From Lentisphaerota bacterium (GTDB taxonomy: Bacteria; Verrucomicrobiota; Kiritimatiellia; RFP12; JAAYNR01), in assembly GCA_016873675.1 (NCBI GenBank), contig VGWG01000006.1:1200-65199 (forward strand): a stretch of 64,000 nt of DNA. Direction: 5' to 3'. This document shows, one piece after another, positions 46,757-57,019 of this stretch. How positions within the stretch are numbered: the first letter of the stretch is position 1; every line of letters begins with the position of its first letter. The notes under the pieces were generated by a model, which searched no databases, was not told the DNA's origin, and was given only the letters and a program-made list of their open reading frames with translations. Position numbers and translations under genes: made by a program.

Positions 46757-47024
46757 GCTATCGATCTCCTTTTGGTGCTACGTATACCAGATCGATTGGC
46801 GTCAGGTCAATACCTCTCTTCTGTCCCCGAACGATTCCATGTGTTTTCTTCGTGTTCTTTGCGTTCTCTCGCGGCAACCCCGGCCTCTGGAGTCCGCCTA
46901 GTGCTTCCTCATGCTCTTCTTGGCGGTTTTGATGAAGCGACCGAATGACCTGTCCTTTTTGCGCTTCTCGACGAGCGACAGATCGTAAAACTCGGTCTCT
47001 TTTCTGAGCTTGAGATAGCTCGAA

Positions 47025-47666
47025 TCAGGCGTTGACGACGAGGCAACCCGCCATCATGTCGTGCAGCCCCTGCTTGCGCTCGGTGATGCCGACCATGATG
47101 AAGCCGACAAACAGGGTCAGGACCGAAAGGATCTTGCCAAAGTGCCGGCCTGTGGCTTTGGCAAACGAAATGGGATTGCCGTCCACATCGGTGACCTTGA
47201 TCCCCAGCGCCATTTTACCGAGCGTGGCCTGTCGCGGCGAGCTTTCGAGCAAGGCCGAATAGAGCCACCCCATGACGACGCCAATCAGATTGCCGATGGC
47301 CTCCGCACCCTCGACAGATCCGGTCGCGGCCCCATACACCATCCCGAAGATGAACCCCACGACGAATCCGGCGACCATCAGGACGAAACCGTCAATGAGG
47401 CACGCCGCAAACCGTTTCCAGAATCCGGCGTACCCCGCGAACGCCGCGGCCACAGGCATCGCGATCGGAGGCGCGGGCGGCAGGTGTGAACCCGGCGGCA
47501 GAAGCCCCTCGACTGATGAGGCGCACATCCAATCCTTCATCGTTTCGGCCCAGACCAGAGTCTCCGGACGCAGCCGCTGGGACTGGAACAGTTGCTGGAG
47601 CGCACTTTCCGGAACGGGTCCCTCCTGACGGCCGTCAACCGCGTAGTACCACAGACGCTCACTCAT
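47025..47666 (-). CDS. RDD-family membrane protein with an N-terminal DUF4339/GYF-like domain
   Basis: RLWYYAVDGRQEGPV N-terminal motif. Multi-TM C-terminal half with RDD-family spacing. Confidence 0.7.
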   Translation of the reverse strand: MSERLWYYAVDGRQEGPVPESALQQLFQSQRLRPETLVWAETMKDWMCASSVEGLLPPGSHLPPAPPIAMPVAAAFAGYAGFWKRFAACLIDGFVLMVAGFVVGFIFGMVYGAATGSVEGAEAIGNLIGVVMGWLYSALLESSPRQATLGKMALGIKVTDVDGNPISFAKATGRHFGKILSVLTLFVGFIMVGITERKQGLHDMMAGCLVVNA

Positions 47667-47682
47667 CGGCATTGCTCCTTTC

Positions 47683-49434
47683 TTAGTCGGCGACCGGCAA
47701 CGGGCCGGCCAGCATCTCAAAGTCGGTGAGCGCGGAGGTTTCGCCCGAGCACACCTGTTCCTTAAGCATGCGTAACCGCGGCATCCGTTCCGCCAGCCAG
47801 CGCTTCGCGACCAGCAGCTTCTTGGGGCTGGCCGTGGCCTGGTCGCAGAAGAGCGCGGCCACGATCAGATCGACCGCCATGTCGACCAGCTTGCGGCCGT
47901 GGAGGTCGCGGTAGGCGTTGCTGGCCGTCTGCGCCTTGACGAACGCCACCGACTCGGCCAGCAGCGCCTGCCCCTCGCGGATATGGACCACCTGCGTCTC
48001 CAGCTCGTGCGGCCAGACGCGGTCGCCCAGGATATCCTGGATGACCTCGCCCACGGTGTCGCCGATGACGCCCGCCAGAGAGGCGACCACCTGGAGCTGG
48101 CTGGTGCCTTCGTAGATCGTGGTGATGCGGCTGTCGCGCAGGTGGCGCTCGACCGCGTAGTCCTTCATGTAGCCGCTGCCGCCGAGCACGGCCATCGAGC
48201 TGTTGGAGACGCGCATGGACATCTCGGACGAGAAGTACTTCGCCATCGGGGTCAGCATCTTGCTGAACGCCTTGTACTTGCGCTCCTCGGCGCGCAGACG
48301 CTTGAGCTCGTCGGGCGCGGCCTGCTGGGCCTCGGCGACGCAGACGCCCAGTCCCTCTTCCAGGTCCACGGAATAGGCCGCGTAGTAGCTCAGCGCGCGC
48401 GCCGCCTGCACATCGAGGCTCATGTCGAGGAGCAGGTCGCGCACCGCCGGGAAGTTCTCGATGGCGGTGTTGAACTGCTTGCGGCTGTGGGCGTAGGCGC
48501 GGGCGACGCGGTAGGCCGCCTCGCCAATGCCCAGGCTCTGCGCGGCGATGCCGATGCGCGCGCCGTTCATCAGGCTCATGACGTACGTGATCAGGCCGCG
48601 CCGGCGCTCGCCGATCAGCTTGGCCGGGGCGTCGTCAAAGCAGATCTCGCAGGTCGGGCTGCCGTTGATGCCGAGCTTGTGCTCCAGGCGGCGCACGCGC
48701 ACCCGCGGGCCGCGCTCGACCAGCAGGCAGGAGAGGCCGCGTCCGTCGGCGATCTCCGGCTCGGTGCGGGCCAGCACCAGCAGCACCTGGCCGCAGCCGT
48801 TGGTGATGAAGCGTTTCACGCCGCGGACCAGCCACTGCCCGGAGGCGTCCTGGTAGGCCTTGGTCTTCACCGCCTGCAGGTCGCTGCCGGCATCCGGCTC
48901 GGTCAGCACCATCGCGCCCGTCCATTCGCCGCTCGTCATGCGGGGGAGGTAGTCCCGCTTGATCTCCTCGCTCGCGAAGGCGTTGATGGTCTCGGCGATG
49001 CCCTGGAGCCCGTAAATGTTCATCAGCGCGGCGTCGGCCCGGCTGACGATGTCATTCGACATCGTGTAGAGCAGGTTCGGGCCGTTCAGCCCGCCGAAGC
49101 GGTAGGGCAGGATGAAACCCATCGCATCGGCCTGCCCGAGGAGCTTGACCGCCTCGGCGATTCCCGGCGCGTAGGTGACGCTGCCGTCGGCGTTCAGGAT
49201 GTTGCCGGCCGTGTCGGTGTCGGCGGCGGTCGGCGCCACGCGCTCGCCGGCGATCTCGCCGATGACCTCCAGAATGCGGCGGTAGTTATCGAGCGCCTCC
49301 GGCGCGTCGGCCGGCGCAAAGTCGAACTCCTTCGCAAAGCGGAAGTTCTGCTCCCGGAGAGCGGCCACGCGCGCCAGGTTCATGTGCTGGAAGAGGAACT
49401 GGATGTCCTCGTTGTCGGTGAAGAAATTCGCCAT
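47683..49434 (-). CDS. Acyl-CoA dehydrogenase family protein (long form, 583 aa)
   Basis: Acyl-CoA dehydrogenase middle and C-terminal signatures (GAMVLTEPDAGSDL, YEGTSQLQ). Start set at MANFFTDNED (49434). The 890-aa ORF-track call fuses out-of-frame sequence overlapping etfA and was rejected. Confidence 0.85.
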   Translation of the reverse strand: MANFFTDNEDIQFLFQHMNLARVAALREQNFRFAKEFDFAPADAPEALDNYRRILEVIGEIAGERVAPTAADTDTAGNILNADGSVTYAPGIAEAVKLLGQADAMGFILPYRFGGLNGPNLLYTMSNDIVSRADAALMNIYGLQGIAETINAFASEEIKRDYLPRMTSGEWTGAMVLTEPDAGSDLQAVKTKAYQDASGQWLVRGVKRFITNGCGQVLLVLARTEPEIADGRGLSCLLVERGPRVRVRRLEHKLGINGSPTCEICFDDAPAKLIGERRRGLITYVMSLMNGARIGIAAQSLGIGEAAYRVARAYAHSRKQFNTAIENFPAVRDLLLDMSLDVQAARALSYYAAYSVDLEEGLGVCVAEAQQAAPDELKRLRAEERKYKAFSKMLTPMAKYFSSEMSMRVSNSSMAVLGGSGYMKDYAVERHLRDSRITTIYEGTSQLQVVASLAGVIGDTVGEVIQDILGDRVWPHELETQVVHIREGQALLAESVAFVKAQTASNAYRDLHGRKLVDMAVDLIVAALFCDQATASPKKLLVAKRWLAERMPRLRMLKEQVCSGETSALTDFEMLAGPLPVAD

Positions 49435-49454
49435 GGTGGATAATCCTCGCTGTC

Positions 49455-50519
49455 TTATGCTTTGCTTGCGCCGGTAACCGCGTCGGACAGGCTCGCGCCC
49501 GAGCGGATGCTCTTGATCATCCGCGGTATGACCTCGTTCAGGTCGCCCACGATGCCGTAGTGCGCGACGCCGAAGATCGGCGCATCCTTGTCGATGTTGA
49601 TGGCCAGGATCTTGGCCGACTCCTGCATGCCGGCGCGGTGCTGCACCGCGCCCGACACGCCGCAGCAGATGTACAGCGCCGGACGGACCGTCGTGCCGGT
49701 CTGGCCGACCTGGTGGTCGTGATCCACGTATCCCAGGTCCACCGCCGCGCGGCTGCCGCCCACGGCCCCGCCGAGGATGTTCGCCAGGTCCCAGATCAGG
49801 CGGAACGCGTCGCGGCTCCCGACGCCCGCCCCGCCCGCGACGATGATCCGCGCGCCCTTGAGGTTGACCTTCTTGGCGCGGCGCTGCGACTCGACCACCT
49901 CCGTCGGCAGGTCGAGGCCGGCGAGGTTCACCGGGAACTTGATCGTCTTGCCCGTGCGGCCGGCCTCGGCCACCGTCATGCGCATCACCCCTTCGCGCAC
50001 CGTCGCCATCTGCGGCCAGCGGTGCGGGTTGACGATCGTCGCGATGATGTTGCCGCCGAACGCCGGGCGGATCTGCAGCAGCAGCTTGGCGATGTGCTCC
50101 TTGGTCTGCGGGTCGGTATGGTCGCCGATCTGCAGGTCCGTGCAGTCCGCCGTCAGCCCGCACTTCATGGCCGAGGCCACGGTGGGGGCCAGGTCGCGGC
50201 CGATCGCCGTCGCGCCGAACAGACAGATCTGCGGCTTGTAGGCGGTGATCAGGTCGCAGACGACCCGCGTGTAGCTCGCGGTCTGGTAGTGCGTCAGCAC
50301 GCCATCCTCGGCCAGGTAGATCAGGTCGGCCCCATGCTGCGCGAGCGTGGCGCACAACGGACGGACCTTGCTGCCGACGAGCACGGCCGCCAGCGGCACG
50401 CCGAGCTGGTCGGCCAGCTCGCGCCCCTTGCTCAGCAGCTCCAGCGGCACCTCCGAGAGATGGCCGGCCTCCTGCTCCGCAAACACCCAGACTTCGCCTT
50501 TTCGATTCACTTCGATCAT
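49455..50519 (-). CDS. etfA: Electron transfer flavoprotein alpha subunit
   Basis: FAD-binding C-terminal domain motifs (IVAGGAGVGS ... RAAVDLGYV ... QVGQTGTTVRPALYI). 354 aa. Confidence 0.9.
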   Translation of the reverse strand: MIEVNRKGEVWVFAEQEAGHLSEVPLELLSKGRELADQLGVPLAAVLVGSKVRPLCATLAQHGADLIYLAEDGVLTHYQTASYTRVVCDLITAYKPQICLFGATAIGRDLAPTVASAMKCGLTADCTDLQIGDHTDPQTKEHIAKLLLQIRPAFGGNIIATIVNPHRWPQMATVREGVMRMTVAEAGRTGKTIKFPVNLAGLDLPTEVVESQRRAKKVNLKGARIIVAGGAGVGSRDAFRLIWDLANILGGAVGGSRAAVDLGYVDHDHQVGQTGTTVRPALYICCGVSGAVQHRAGMQESAKILAINIDKDAPIFGVAHYGIVGDLNEVIPRMIKSIRSGASLSDAVTGASKA

Positions 50520-50538
50520 GTGGGATTCCTCGCTGTCT

Positions 50539-51450
50539 TCACCCGATGGTGTGGTCCTGGATCAACTCGCCGATCAGGCTCGCGATGCCGGCCTCGGTGG
50601 GCGGAAACTCCTTGTAATCGCCGCCCGCCAGCACGATGGACTGGATGCGGTGTACCTTGGTCGGACTGCCCGCGCCGCCGCACCACCCCAGGTCGGCCTC
50701 GATGTCGTCGAGGTTCCACTGGGTGATCAACAGCTTGCGGGCCTGCATCTCGGCGCACCGGTGCGCGGTCTCGGCGGCCTTCGCCTCGGCCGTGGCCGAC
50801 GCGCCCAGCGCGCCGTCCACCGCCTTGGCGATCTCGACCGGCGCGCGGGCCTTCTTGGCCTTCATGACCTTGAGCAACGCGGGCGGGCGCGGATGATTGG
50901 CCGTCTCCATGACGGTGAAGAGGGCGGGCAGGCGCGAACGGACCCGCTCGTAGCCGTTGCCGATGTTGCGCTTGACGCGCGCCGTCCGGCCGTCGAGTTC
51001 CAGCTCTTCGAGGTAGGTCACGAGCGTGTAGCCGAGCTTCTCGGCGAGCTGCGGACCGACCTGCGCCGTGTCGCCGTCAATGGCCTGGCGGCCGCAGAAG
51101 ACCAGGTCGGGCGTCAGCTTGCGGATGGCGCACGACAGAATGTAGCTCGTGGCCAGCGTATCCGAAGCGGCCGCCCGCCGGTCCGTGATCAGGATCGCCC
51201 GGTCGGCGCCGCGGAAGAGCGAATCCCGCAGCACGTCACACGCCGCGGGCAGGCCCATGGCGATCACCGTCACCGTGCCGCCATGCTGGTCGCGCACGCG
51301 CAGGGCCGCTTCGAGGGCGTTCAGATCCTCGGGATTGAAGATGGCCGGCAGGGCCGCGCGATTGACGGTGCCGTCCTCCTTCATCGCCTGGCCGGTAATC
51401 CGCTTGGTGTCCGGCACTTGCTTCACACATACGACGCAGGAATATCCCAT
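50539..51450 (-). CDS. etfB: Electron transfer flavoprotein beta subunit (with C-terminal extension)
   Basis: N-terminal CVKQVPD motif and EtfB core. 303 aa. Confidence 0.85.
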   Translation of the reverse strand: MGYSCVVCVKQVPDTKRITGQAMKEDGTVNRAALPAIFNPEDLNALEAALRVRDQHGGTVTVIAMGLPAACDVLRDSLFRGADRAILITDRRAAASDTLATSYILSCAIRKLTPDLVFCGRQAIDGDTAQVGPQLAEKLGYTLVTYLEELELDGRTARVKRNIGNGYERVRSRLPALFTVMETANHPRPPALLKVMKAKKARAPVEIAKAVDGALGASATAEAKAAETAHRCAEMQARKLLITQWNLDDIEADLGWCGGAGSPTKVHRIQSIVLAGGDYKEFPPTEAGIASLIGELIQDHTIG

Positions 51451-51487
51451 GGTGGTCGTTCTCCAGGTTCAGGGTTCCGGGTTCGGC

Positions 51488-51910
51488 TCACGCCTTACCC
51501 ATCATGCACACCCACTCCGCCTCGGCGGCGATCTCAGCGCCGACATAGGCCTTGCCGCGTTGACGCAGCAGGCGCGGGGAGGTCTTGACGTATTCGATCT
51601 CGAAGCGGACCGTCTCGCCGGGGCGGACCGGACGGCGGAACTTCGCCTCCGTCACGCTGGCGAGCAGGATGTTCTTCGAGTTGGCCAGGTCGCTCTCCAC
51701 CACGCCGGCGCCGCCGCACTGGGCCATGGCCTCGACGAGGATCACGCCGGGCACGACGGGAAAGTGGGGAAAGTGTCCCTTGAAGAAGGGCGTGTCGGGC
51801 TTAAACGTGTACTCGCCCACGCACCCATCCAGTCGGGCGTCGGTCAGCCGATCCAGAAACCGAAAGGGGTCCCGATGCGGCAGAAGTTCATCCAGGGTCT
51901 TTGTCATCAC
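51488..51910 (-). CDS. fabZ: 3-hydroxyacyl-ACP dehydratase (hot-dog fold)
   Basis: LPHRDPFRFLD ... HFPHFPVVPGVILVEAMAQ FabZ signature. Confidence 0.85.
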   Translation of the reverse strand: MMTKTLDELLPHRDPFRFLDRLTDARLDGCVGEYTFKPDTPFFKGHFPHFPVVPGVILVEAMAQCGGAGVVESDLANSKNILLASVTEAKFRRPVRPGETVRFEIEYVKTSPRLLRQRGKAYVGAEIAAEAEWVCMMGKA

Positions 51911-51918
51911 CGGGTTCC

Positions 51919-53172
51919 TTACGCATTGTCAAATCGTTTGATCACCACCGCCCCGTTGTGGCCGCCGAAGCCGAGCGAGGTCGAGACAGCGGCGCGCACC
52001 GGCATGGTGACGCCGACATTCGGCACATAGTCCAGATCGCAGGCGGGATCCGGGGTCTCGTAATTGATCGTCGGCGGGCAGAACCCATCACGGCAGGCGA
52101 GGACGCAGACGATCGCTTCGACCGCGCCGGCGGCGGCGATCATATGGCCGGTCATGCTCTTGGTGGACGAGACCTTGAGGCGGCGCGCCTCATCGCCAAA
52201 CGCGAGCTTGATCGCCTGCGTCTCCATCGGGTCGTTGATCGGCGTGGACGTGCCGTGGGCGTTGAAGTAATCAATATCAGTCGGCTTGAGACCCGCGTCC
52301 TGAAGCGCCACACGGATGGCGCGGGCCGCGCCGTCGCCGCTCGGTTCGGGTGCCGTCAGATGAAACGCATCGCCGGTGGCGCCGTAGCCCGCCAACTCGG
52401 CGTGAATCCGTGCGCCGCGCTTCTGCGCGTGCTCCAGCGTCTCGATGATGAGGATGCCCGCGCCTTCGCCCATGACGAAGCCGTCACGGTTCAGGTCGAA
52501 CGGGCGGCACGCCTTCTTGGGCGTGTCGTTGCATTTGGTGCTCAGCGCGCCGAGCGCGCAGAATCCCCCGATCGCCACCGGGGTGATCGCCGCCTCGGTG
52601 CCGCCGGTGATGACGACGTCGGCGCGACCCGAGCGGATCGCGTCGAGCGCGACGCCGATCGCGTCGGTTCCCGACGCGCAAGCGGTCACGATCGTCAGCA
52701 CAGGTCCCTTCGCGTTGAGCGTCATCGAGATGTTGCCGGCCGCTTCGTTGATGATCAGCTTCGGAATAGCCATCGGCGAGATACGCTGGGCGCCCTTCTC
52801 AAATAACGTTTTGTGCGCCTCGTGGTCGACCTCGCGGCCGCCAATGCCGTTGCCCAGGATCACCGCCGTCCGGTCGGGCATGGCTGCGGGCCCCTCGAAG
52901 CCGGCGTCGCGCCACGCCTCCTTGGCGGCCGCCACAGCGTATTGCGTGAACAGCGCCATCCGTTTCACTTCCTTGACTTCAAAATAGGCCTTGGGATCAA
53001 ACCCCTTGACTTCGGCCGACACCCGCGAGTCCAAGCCTGCAGTGTCACATTTGGTCAGCGGCCCGATCCCCGAAACGCCGTGCTGAATATTGTTCCAGAA
53101 GGTGGGCACATCGTTGCCAATCGGCGAAATCACACCCATACCCGTCACTACCACGCGCTGTCTGTTTTCCAT
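51919..53172 (-). CDS. fabF: Beta-ketoacyl-ACP synthase II
   Basis: VVVTGMGVISPIGN N-terminus, active-site TACASG and HGTSTPxND motifs. Confidence 0.9.
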   Translation of the reverse strand: MENRQRVVVTGMGVISPIGNDVPTFWNNIQHGVSGIGPLTKCDTAGLDSRVSAEVKGFDPKAYFEVKEVKRMALFTQYAVAAAKEAWRDAGFEGPAAMPDRTAVILGNGIGGREVDHEAHKTLFEKGAQRISPMAIPKLIINEAAGNISMTLNAKGPVLTIVTACASGTDAIGVALDAIRSGRADVVITGGTEAAITPVAIGGFCALGALSTKCNDTPKKACRPFDLNRDGFVMGEGAGILIIETLEHAQKRGARIHAELAGYGATGDAFHLTAPEPSGDGAARAIRVALQDAGLKPTDIDYFNAHGTSTPINDPMETQAIKLAFGDEARRLKVSSTKSMTGHMIAAAGAVEAIVCVLACRDGFCPPTINYETPDPACDLDYVPNVGVTMPVRAAVSTSLGFGGHNGAVVIKRFDNA

Positions 53173-53206
53173 TGTTCTGCACCTTTCGTTAAAACACGTA
53201 ATTCAC

Positions 53207-54220
53207 TTAAACGACCGCCAGCGGCGCGCTGCAGCCCCAGCGGACCAGAATGCCGCCATAGGTGAGACCCGCGCCAAAGCCGACAAAGATCAGAATGTCG
53301 CCCACCTGCAACCGGCTGTCGCTCACCAAGGCGTCCAACGCCAGCGGGATGCTGGCCGCCGATGTGTTGGCCACCTCCGCAATGTTGAGGAAGAACTTGT
53401 CGGTGCCGGTCTTCAGGCGCCGCGCCGCCGCGTCGATGATGCGGAAGTTGGCCTGATGGGGGACAATCAGCTTCACCTGATTGAGCGTCAGCCCCGACTT
53501 CTCCAGCAGTTCCGAGACGATCTCGTCGATCGCCTTGACCGCGAAGTTGAAGACGGGTTTGCCGTCCATGAACAGAAACGGACGGATCGATGGCACGTCG
53601 ATCTGCTCCGACAGATGGTGTCGGTTGCCTCCTTCGCGCCGGAGGGCAAAGGCGCCGTCGCTGTCCACCCGCAGGATGGACTCGCCCAGCCCCGCATCGC
53701 CCGTCCCCCGCTTCAGCACAACCGCGCCCGCGCCATCCCCGAACAACACGCAGACGTTGCGGTCGGTCCAGTCGACGATCCGCGTCATGAGATCCGCGCC
53801 AATGACCAACGTTGGCCGCGGATCGCGAGCCATGAGCCCCCGCGCAACGTCCATCGCGTACACAAATCCGGTGCAGGCGGCCGACACGTCAAACGCGGCC
53901 GCACGCCCCGCCTTCAATTCGCGATGCACCAGACAGGCCGTTGACGGCAGGGTGTAGTCGGGCGTGGACGTGGCCAGCACGATGCAGCCCAGCTCGTCCG
54001 GAGCAACCCCGGCCCGCTTCAGGGCGATCCGCGACGCCTGCACGGCGGCGGACGACGTGGTCTCCCCGGCCTGAGCCACATGCCGTGCATGAATGCCGGT
54101 ATGCGAGACGATCCACTCGTCGGTGGTGTCGAGCGTCTTCGCCAGCATGTCGTTGGTCACGCGATGCGACGGCACCCAAGAGCCTGTCGCGGCGATCTGA
54201 ATCCTATCCTGCTCTGCCAT
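53207..54220 (-). CDS. fabH: Beta-ketoacyl-ACP synthase III
   Basis: Active site AACTGFVYAM, plus VPHQAN and GFGAGLT motifs. Confidence 0.9.
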   Translation of the reverse strand: MAEQDRIQIAATGSWVPSHRVTNDMLAKTLDTTDEWIVSHTGIHARHVAQAGETTSSAAVQASRIALKRAGVAPDELGCIVLATSTPDYTLPSTACLVHRELKAGRAAAFDVSAACTGFVYAMDVARGLMARDPRPTLVIGADLMTRIVDWTDRNVCVLFGDGAGAVVLKRGTGDAGLGESILRVDSDGAFALRREGGNRHHLSEQIDVPSIRPFLFMDGKPVFNFAVKAIDEIVSELLEKSGLTLNQVKLIVPHQANFRIIDAAARRLKTGTDKFFLNIAEVANTSAASIPLALDALVSDSRLQVGDILIFVGFGAGLTYGGILVRWGCSAPLAVV

Positions 54221-54315
54221 GTCGCTGATTCTCCCGATAAAAGCATCCAGTATGACATTTATTTGATTTTTGTCAAGATGGAGTTCGGTTCACGCCAGAC
54301 CCCGACGTCCGGGCC

Positions 54316-54726
54316 TTATTCCCGCTCCTGAATGGGCGGCTTGATCTGGACGGGGCGGACATGAAGCGGGTAGCGCATCCGGAGTTGCTGGCCGAGCAGC
54401 ACTTCGACCCAGTGGGTGCCCGCGGTCGCCAACCGCACGTTAACGAACACCTCCACGCTGGTGGCATTCTGTTCCTGCCCCGAGAGCGTGATCGGCACCT
54501 GCTGCCCTTCGCAGACGACGGTCTGTCCGTCGGGGGCGATGATCCGCGAGCGCTGGGCGAACGTCCCTTCGCCGCAGCACCAGCGGTTGACGAGGCAAAT
54601 GCGGGGGAAGACGGCTGGCAGTTGCGTCACCACCAGTCCCTCGAAAATGCCGATCAGGATGAATTTGCCGTTCCGTTCCTGGCGCACATCGTCGCACAGC
54701 AGGCTGGCTTGAAGATCCGGTATCAT
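54316..54726 (-). CDS. Hypothetical protein (136 aa) between plsC-like and fabH
   Basis: In-frame ORF that overlaps the acyltransferase stop. No recognised motif. Confidence 0.4.
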   Translation of the reverse strand: MIPDLQASLLCDDVRQERNGKFILIGIFEGLVVTQLPAVFPRICLVNRWCCGEGTFAQRSRIIAPDGQTVVCEGQQVPITLSGQEQNATSVEVFVNVRLATAGTHWVEVLLGQQLRMRYPLHVRPVQIKPPIQERE

Positions 54727-55553
54727 TCGGTTTCCCCTTTCGCGGCCACGGGCATGCCCCACGCCCGCAGGCGTTCCTCGATAAACGCCACGCAGCGGCG
54801 GTGACGCTCCCCTTTCGCGAGGGTGTCCGACAGAGCCGGTCCCAGCGCAAACCGGATCGGGCGCGCGGGATCGACCATCCCGAAATCCTTGAGCACCCGT
54901 CCGATGCCTTGAAAATCGGTCTTGAGCGCCACCGGCACGAGCGGCACGCCCGCCGCACGCGCCAGCTTGTCTCCCATGGAATTGAACTGCTCCGCCTGGA
55001 AGACCGACCGGCGCGTCGCCTGCGGAAACAACAGCACCGAGCGTCCGGCCTCCAGCCGCAACCGCCCGGTCTCCAACACGGTGCGCAGGTCGTCGCGGGC
55101 GCTCCTGCGGGTAACGGTGATCGGCTGGATGCGACGCAACGGGGCGCCAAAGACCGGATAGGACAGGAGGCTCCGTTTCAGGACGATCGACAGCGGGGAA
55201 TGGGCCAGCAGCGCCGCAGGGAGGAGGAGCGTCTCCAACATGCTCATGTGGTTGGCCGCATACACAACCGGCCCGCGGACATCGCGCAGGGCGTCGAACC
55301 CCTCGACGGTGATCACCGCCCCCATCTTCTCCGCCTCGCGCCAAGTGTCGAACACCACGCGCGCCCAGCCCGCCGTGTCGAAGAGGCCGCGCCGATTCAA
55401 CCGCATCGCCGCCCAGATTGTACCGACCTCGCGCCACGAAAACCGCCACGTCGCCCGCCACCCGGCCCGCACCGGCACCGCCGGTCGTTCCGCCGCAGGT
55501 GTCTCGTACTGCCCCTCCCGCCGCAGGCCCTCATGAAATTGATCTACCGTCAT
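54723..55553 (-). CDS. 1-acyl-sn-glycerol-3-phosphate acyltransferase-like (PlsC family)
   Basis: NHMSMLET (NHxSxxD-type) and PQATR (FPEGTR-type) acyltransferase motifs. Confidence 0.75.
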   Translation of the reverse strand: MTVDQFHEGLRREGQYETPAAERPAVPVRAGWRATWRFSWREVGTIWAAMRLNRRGLFDTAGWARVVFDTWREAEKMGAVITVEGFDALRDVRGPVVYAANHMSMLETLLLPAALLAHSPLSIVLKRSLLSYPVFGAPLRRIQPITVTRRSARDDLRTVLETGRLRLEAGRSVLLFPQATRRSVFQAEQFNSMGDKLARAAGVPLVPVALKTDFQGIGRVLKDFGMVDPARPIRFALGPALSDTLAKGERHRRCVAFIEERLRAWGMPVAAKGETE

Positions 55554-55689
55554 GACGCCCACAGCATAACCGTTTGGAGACGGAAAGGCAACGGGCAAGA
55601 AAAGAGCGGGTCCGGGTAGGGTGGCCCGATTCTTTCAGGTGGCGGTTGCGCAGTGTTCATCCCGATGCGGCAGGTTGACGTTTCTCGGA

Positions 55690-56760
55690 TCATTGGGAAG
55701 GGTCAGGCTGCCGGCCCTCCATCCGTCCCGCCAACGCCGCGAGCCGATCCACCGTCGCCGGGCCGAGGTTGCCTTCCTGGAAAATTCCGACGTTGAAGGT
55801 GACGCCGCCGCCGACCGCCTTGAAGTCGCGCACCACGCTTTCCAGTTCGTCCGTGGAATACAGCGGACGCTCCATCTGGTTGGGTTCCGGCGGAACCCAG
55901 GCAAACGGCGGATTCTGACATTCATGAAACACGATGCGGGTTTCCCACATGCAATCGATCGGCACAAGGCAATGCCAGAGGCAGTTCGGCGGCGGTTGCG
56001 TGGGATGCGTGGCAGGCGTCAACAGAAGCATCGGCTCATTGGAAACCTTCCAGCCGGGCTGGAGGAGAACCTTGCCCTGAGCCAGAAACCACGTTTCCCC
56101 CGAGAGATAGTCCTGATCCGGGACAGGCGGAAGGGTCAAACTTGCGGCGAAGGACGCATCATTGAACGCCACGGCGCAATCCGCGTTTCCAGCCCGGGCC
56201 GCATCGAGCCAGAGCGTGGAGTAGCGCGGCAAATCGAAGTACGCCGGATGATTGGCGTAGAATCCGTCGAACCACCAGGCGTCCAGAAGCGTTCCGAAAC
56301 GCCGGGCGTACTCCGCAATGAATTCGGTGTAACGTCGCTGGGCCTCATCCATGGGAACGCCTTCCGGCTTCCAGTCGAAGCCAGTCTGCACGGCCTCAGG
56401 CGTACCCCCGACACCGGACGGAATGTAGGCGATAAACCGTCGTCCGAGTTGCTTCACTTCACGGGCGATCTCCAGCACCAGATCGCGTTTGGAGCAGTGC
56501 CCGGGGCCGATCAGGCGGTCCGCAACCGCATTCGGACTGGCATAACACCCCGTATTCTGGCCGATCGTAAAGATGAGCCAGTCGGCCTTAGAACGACGGA
56601 ATCCATCGATAAACCGCTCCAGATCGAACTGGTTGACGGCCTCATTGTGATCCGTGATCTCGTGCTCGTACTGCTGTGGCGTGCGATCCCCCAGCCAGTG
56701 CACCATCATCCCAAACTTGCCCTGCCGCATCCAGGAAGCCCGTGGGGTCCTCATGATCAT
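55690..56760 (-). CDS. Putative TIM-barrel glycoside hydrolase (alpha-L-fucosidase/GH29-like), no signal peptide
   Basis: FGMMVHW ... FD..RFI ... SKADWLIFT pattern reminiscent of GH29 (GLFIHWG ... AKYVVLTTKHHDGF), but the HHDGF block is replaced by QNTGCY. The family assignment is tentative. Start taken near MIMRTPRASW. Confidence 0.4.
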   Translation of the reverse strand: MIMRTPRASWMRQGKFGMMVHWLGDRTPQQYEHEITDHNEAVNQFDLERFIDGFRRSKADWLIFTIGQNTGCYASPNAVADRLIGPGHCSKRDLVLEIAREVKQLGRRFIAYIPSGVGGTPEAVQTGFDWKPEGVPMDEAQRRYTEFIAEYARRFGTLLDAWWFDGFYANHPAYFDLPRYSTLWLDAARAGNADCAVAFNDASFAASLTLPPVPDQDYLSGETWFLAQGKVLLQPGWKVSNEPMLLLTPATHPTQPPPNCLWHCLVPIDCMWETRIVFHECQNPPFAWVPPEPNQMERPLYSTDELESVVRDFKAVGGGVTFNVGIFQEGNLGPATVDRLAALAGRMEGRQPDPSQ

Positions 56761-57019
56761 GCCTTTCCCGTTGAACGCGTTGTCGGGATTCTTATCAATA
56801 ACCTGGAAAATTTCACGGAGGCAAGCATGCCAGAATCGGCCCGAAATGTACAGACCAGCGATTCTTCGGAGCCGCACTTATAATCTGGACGTCCGCATGT
56901 GTTTGCCCTACGCTGATGCCACGTTTTCCGGTCACGGGTCCGCTGCGGGCAGCCGCACGATTCGACGTGCCAGGTGCAGCGGCGGGGCGGCGGACCGGAT
57001 GCGGGACGGAGGATGAGGG

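Noticed and set aside
47683-50355. 890-aa ORF-track call.
   Set aside because: Its N-terminal 300 aa is out-of-frame sequence overlapping etfA, Arg/Gly-rich junk. The real acyl-CoA dehydrogenase starts at MANFFTDNED (49434).
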